DNA from: Octopus sinensis
Lineage: Eukaryota
Assembly: GCF_006345805.1 (NCBI RefSeq)
Contig: NC_043013.1
Coordinates: 5,642,001-5,706,000 of the forward strand
Length of the DNA stretch: 64,000 bases
Direction of reading: 5' to 3'
This document shows, piece after piece, positions 63,330-64,000 of this stretch (within the stretch, counting starts at the first letter, position 1; every line of letters begins with the position of its first letter). Both the position numbers and the translations under genes were made by a program. The notes under the pieces are model-generated. The model had not been told where the DNA came from. It saw only the letters and a list, made by a program, of their open reading frames with translations, and searched no databases.

Positions 63330-63827
63330 CATAACACCATTTTTTCCCCAAAATTTAAAGGTCAAAATCCCTAGTGCGTACTATATACGAGGTTAAAAAT
63401 GAAAATTATTTTCAAAGCAACGTCGGAGTCTCTATTTGCTGTCCGGCAATGTTTATTCAGACGCATTTTGTGATGTCGGGCGCGGAAATACCTTAAGCTA
63501 AGCCTGAAAGCAATGAAGTCATAAAAGAATCATCCATAACTTGCAGAAAGCAACATTTATTAAACGTTATTACTGTTATTTCTTTATTTTCTGCAAACAA
63601 AATGCACAAAAAAGCTACACGTTTGCATTATGTTATATATACAATAATAATAAAGGATGTTACCATATACAGTTTTACAAACCAAGGACGTTATATAGAC
63701 CTCCTTGGCTCAAGTTAGAGAAGGGGTGCGTATTATACACAAGGTTTATGCTTTTCAGAGGTACAGCTCCCTAAAAATCCCCTGCGTATTATACTCAAGG
63801 GCGGACTATACTCAAGGATTTACGATA
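63330..63827. mobile_element. Tc2/pogo-like non-autonomous element
   Basis: The right end reads TA|TCGTAAATCCTTGAGTATAGTCCGC on the minus strand, with repeated GCGTATTATAC motifs; CpG-rich. A related degenerate MITE lies at about 48590-48760. Confidence 0.45.
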
Positions 63828-64000
63828 CTTGTTAAGTCCTTAGAGCAATATAGGGGACTCTATCCTTTTAAGTGTACAACTTTGTCCCTATGTTATAATA
63901 ATGTGTGTGTGTGTGTGTGTGTGCATGCTGTCTGTGTGTTAAGAAATCTTCCTAGTTACCTGGTTCCAAGTTCAGTTCTGCTGCTTGGCACCTTATTCCT

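Overview
Eukaryotic, AT-rich, microsatellite- and transposon-dense genomic DNA. The SINE/RTE repeat families and the (TA)n/(CAT)n landscape look like an octopus (coleoid cephalopod) genome; this is recognition, not a database match. The only host gene I can firmly support is a plus-strand PIP4P/TMEM55 (lysosomal PI(4,5)P2 4-phosphatase family) gene. Coding exon 1 is 14897-14999, followed by a 44,600-bp intron 1, exon 2 at 59600-59802 and exon 3 at 62355-62461; all splice phases match and the gene runs off the right edge. The ORF track reads exon 2 but misses exon 1 and reads exon 3 in the wrong frame. The rest is mostly transposon debris: an R4/Dong-like LINE split by a mariner, several RTE-type LINE remnants and 3' UTRs, a CR1-like 3' end, a piggyBac relic, Tc1/mariner relics, two Helitron-type elements, TTAA and hAT MITEs, and at least four SINE families. 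Nearly all other listed ORFs are microsatellite or repeat artefacts. The best leads are a CLEAR-like E-box and uORFs at the PIP4P promoter, a sharp ~9-kb CpG-retaining domain, a candidate internal promoter/alternative first exon that would drop the lysosomal dileucine signal, and candidate minus-strand exons of an unrecognised upstream gene. I found no prokaryotic-type system, CRISPR array or clearly novel multi-gene system.
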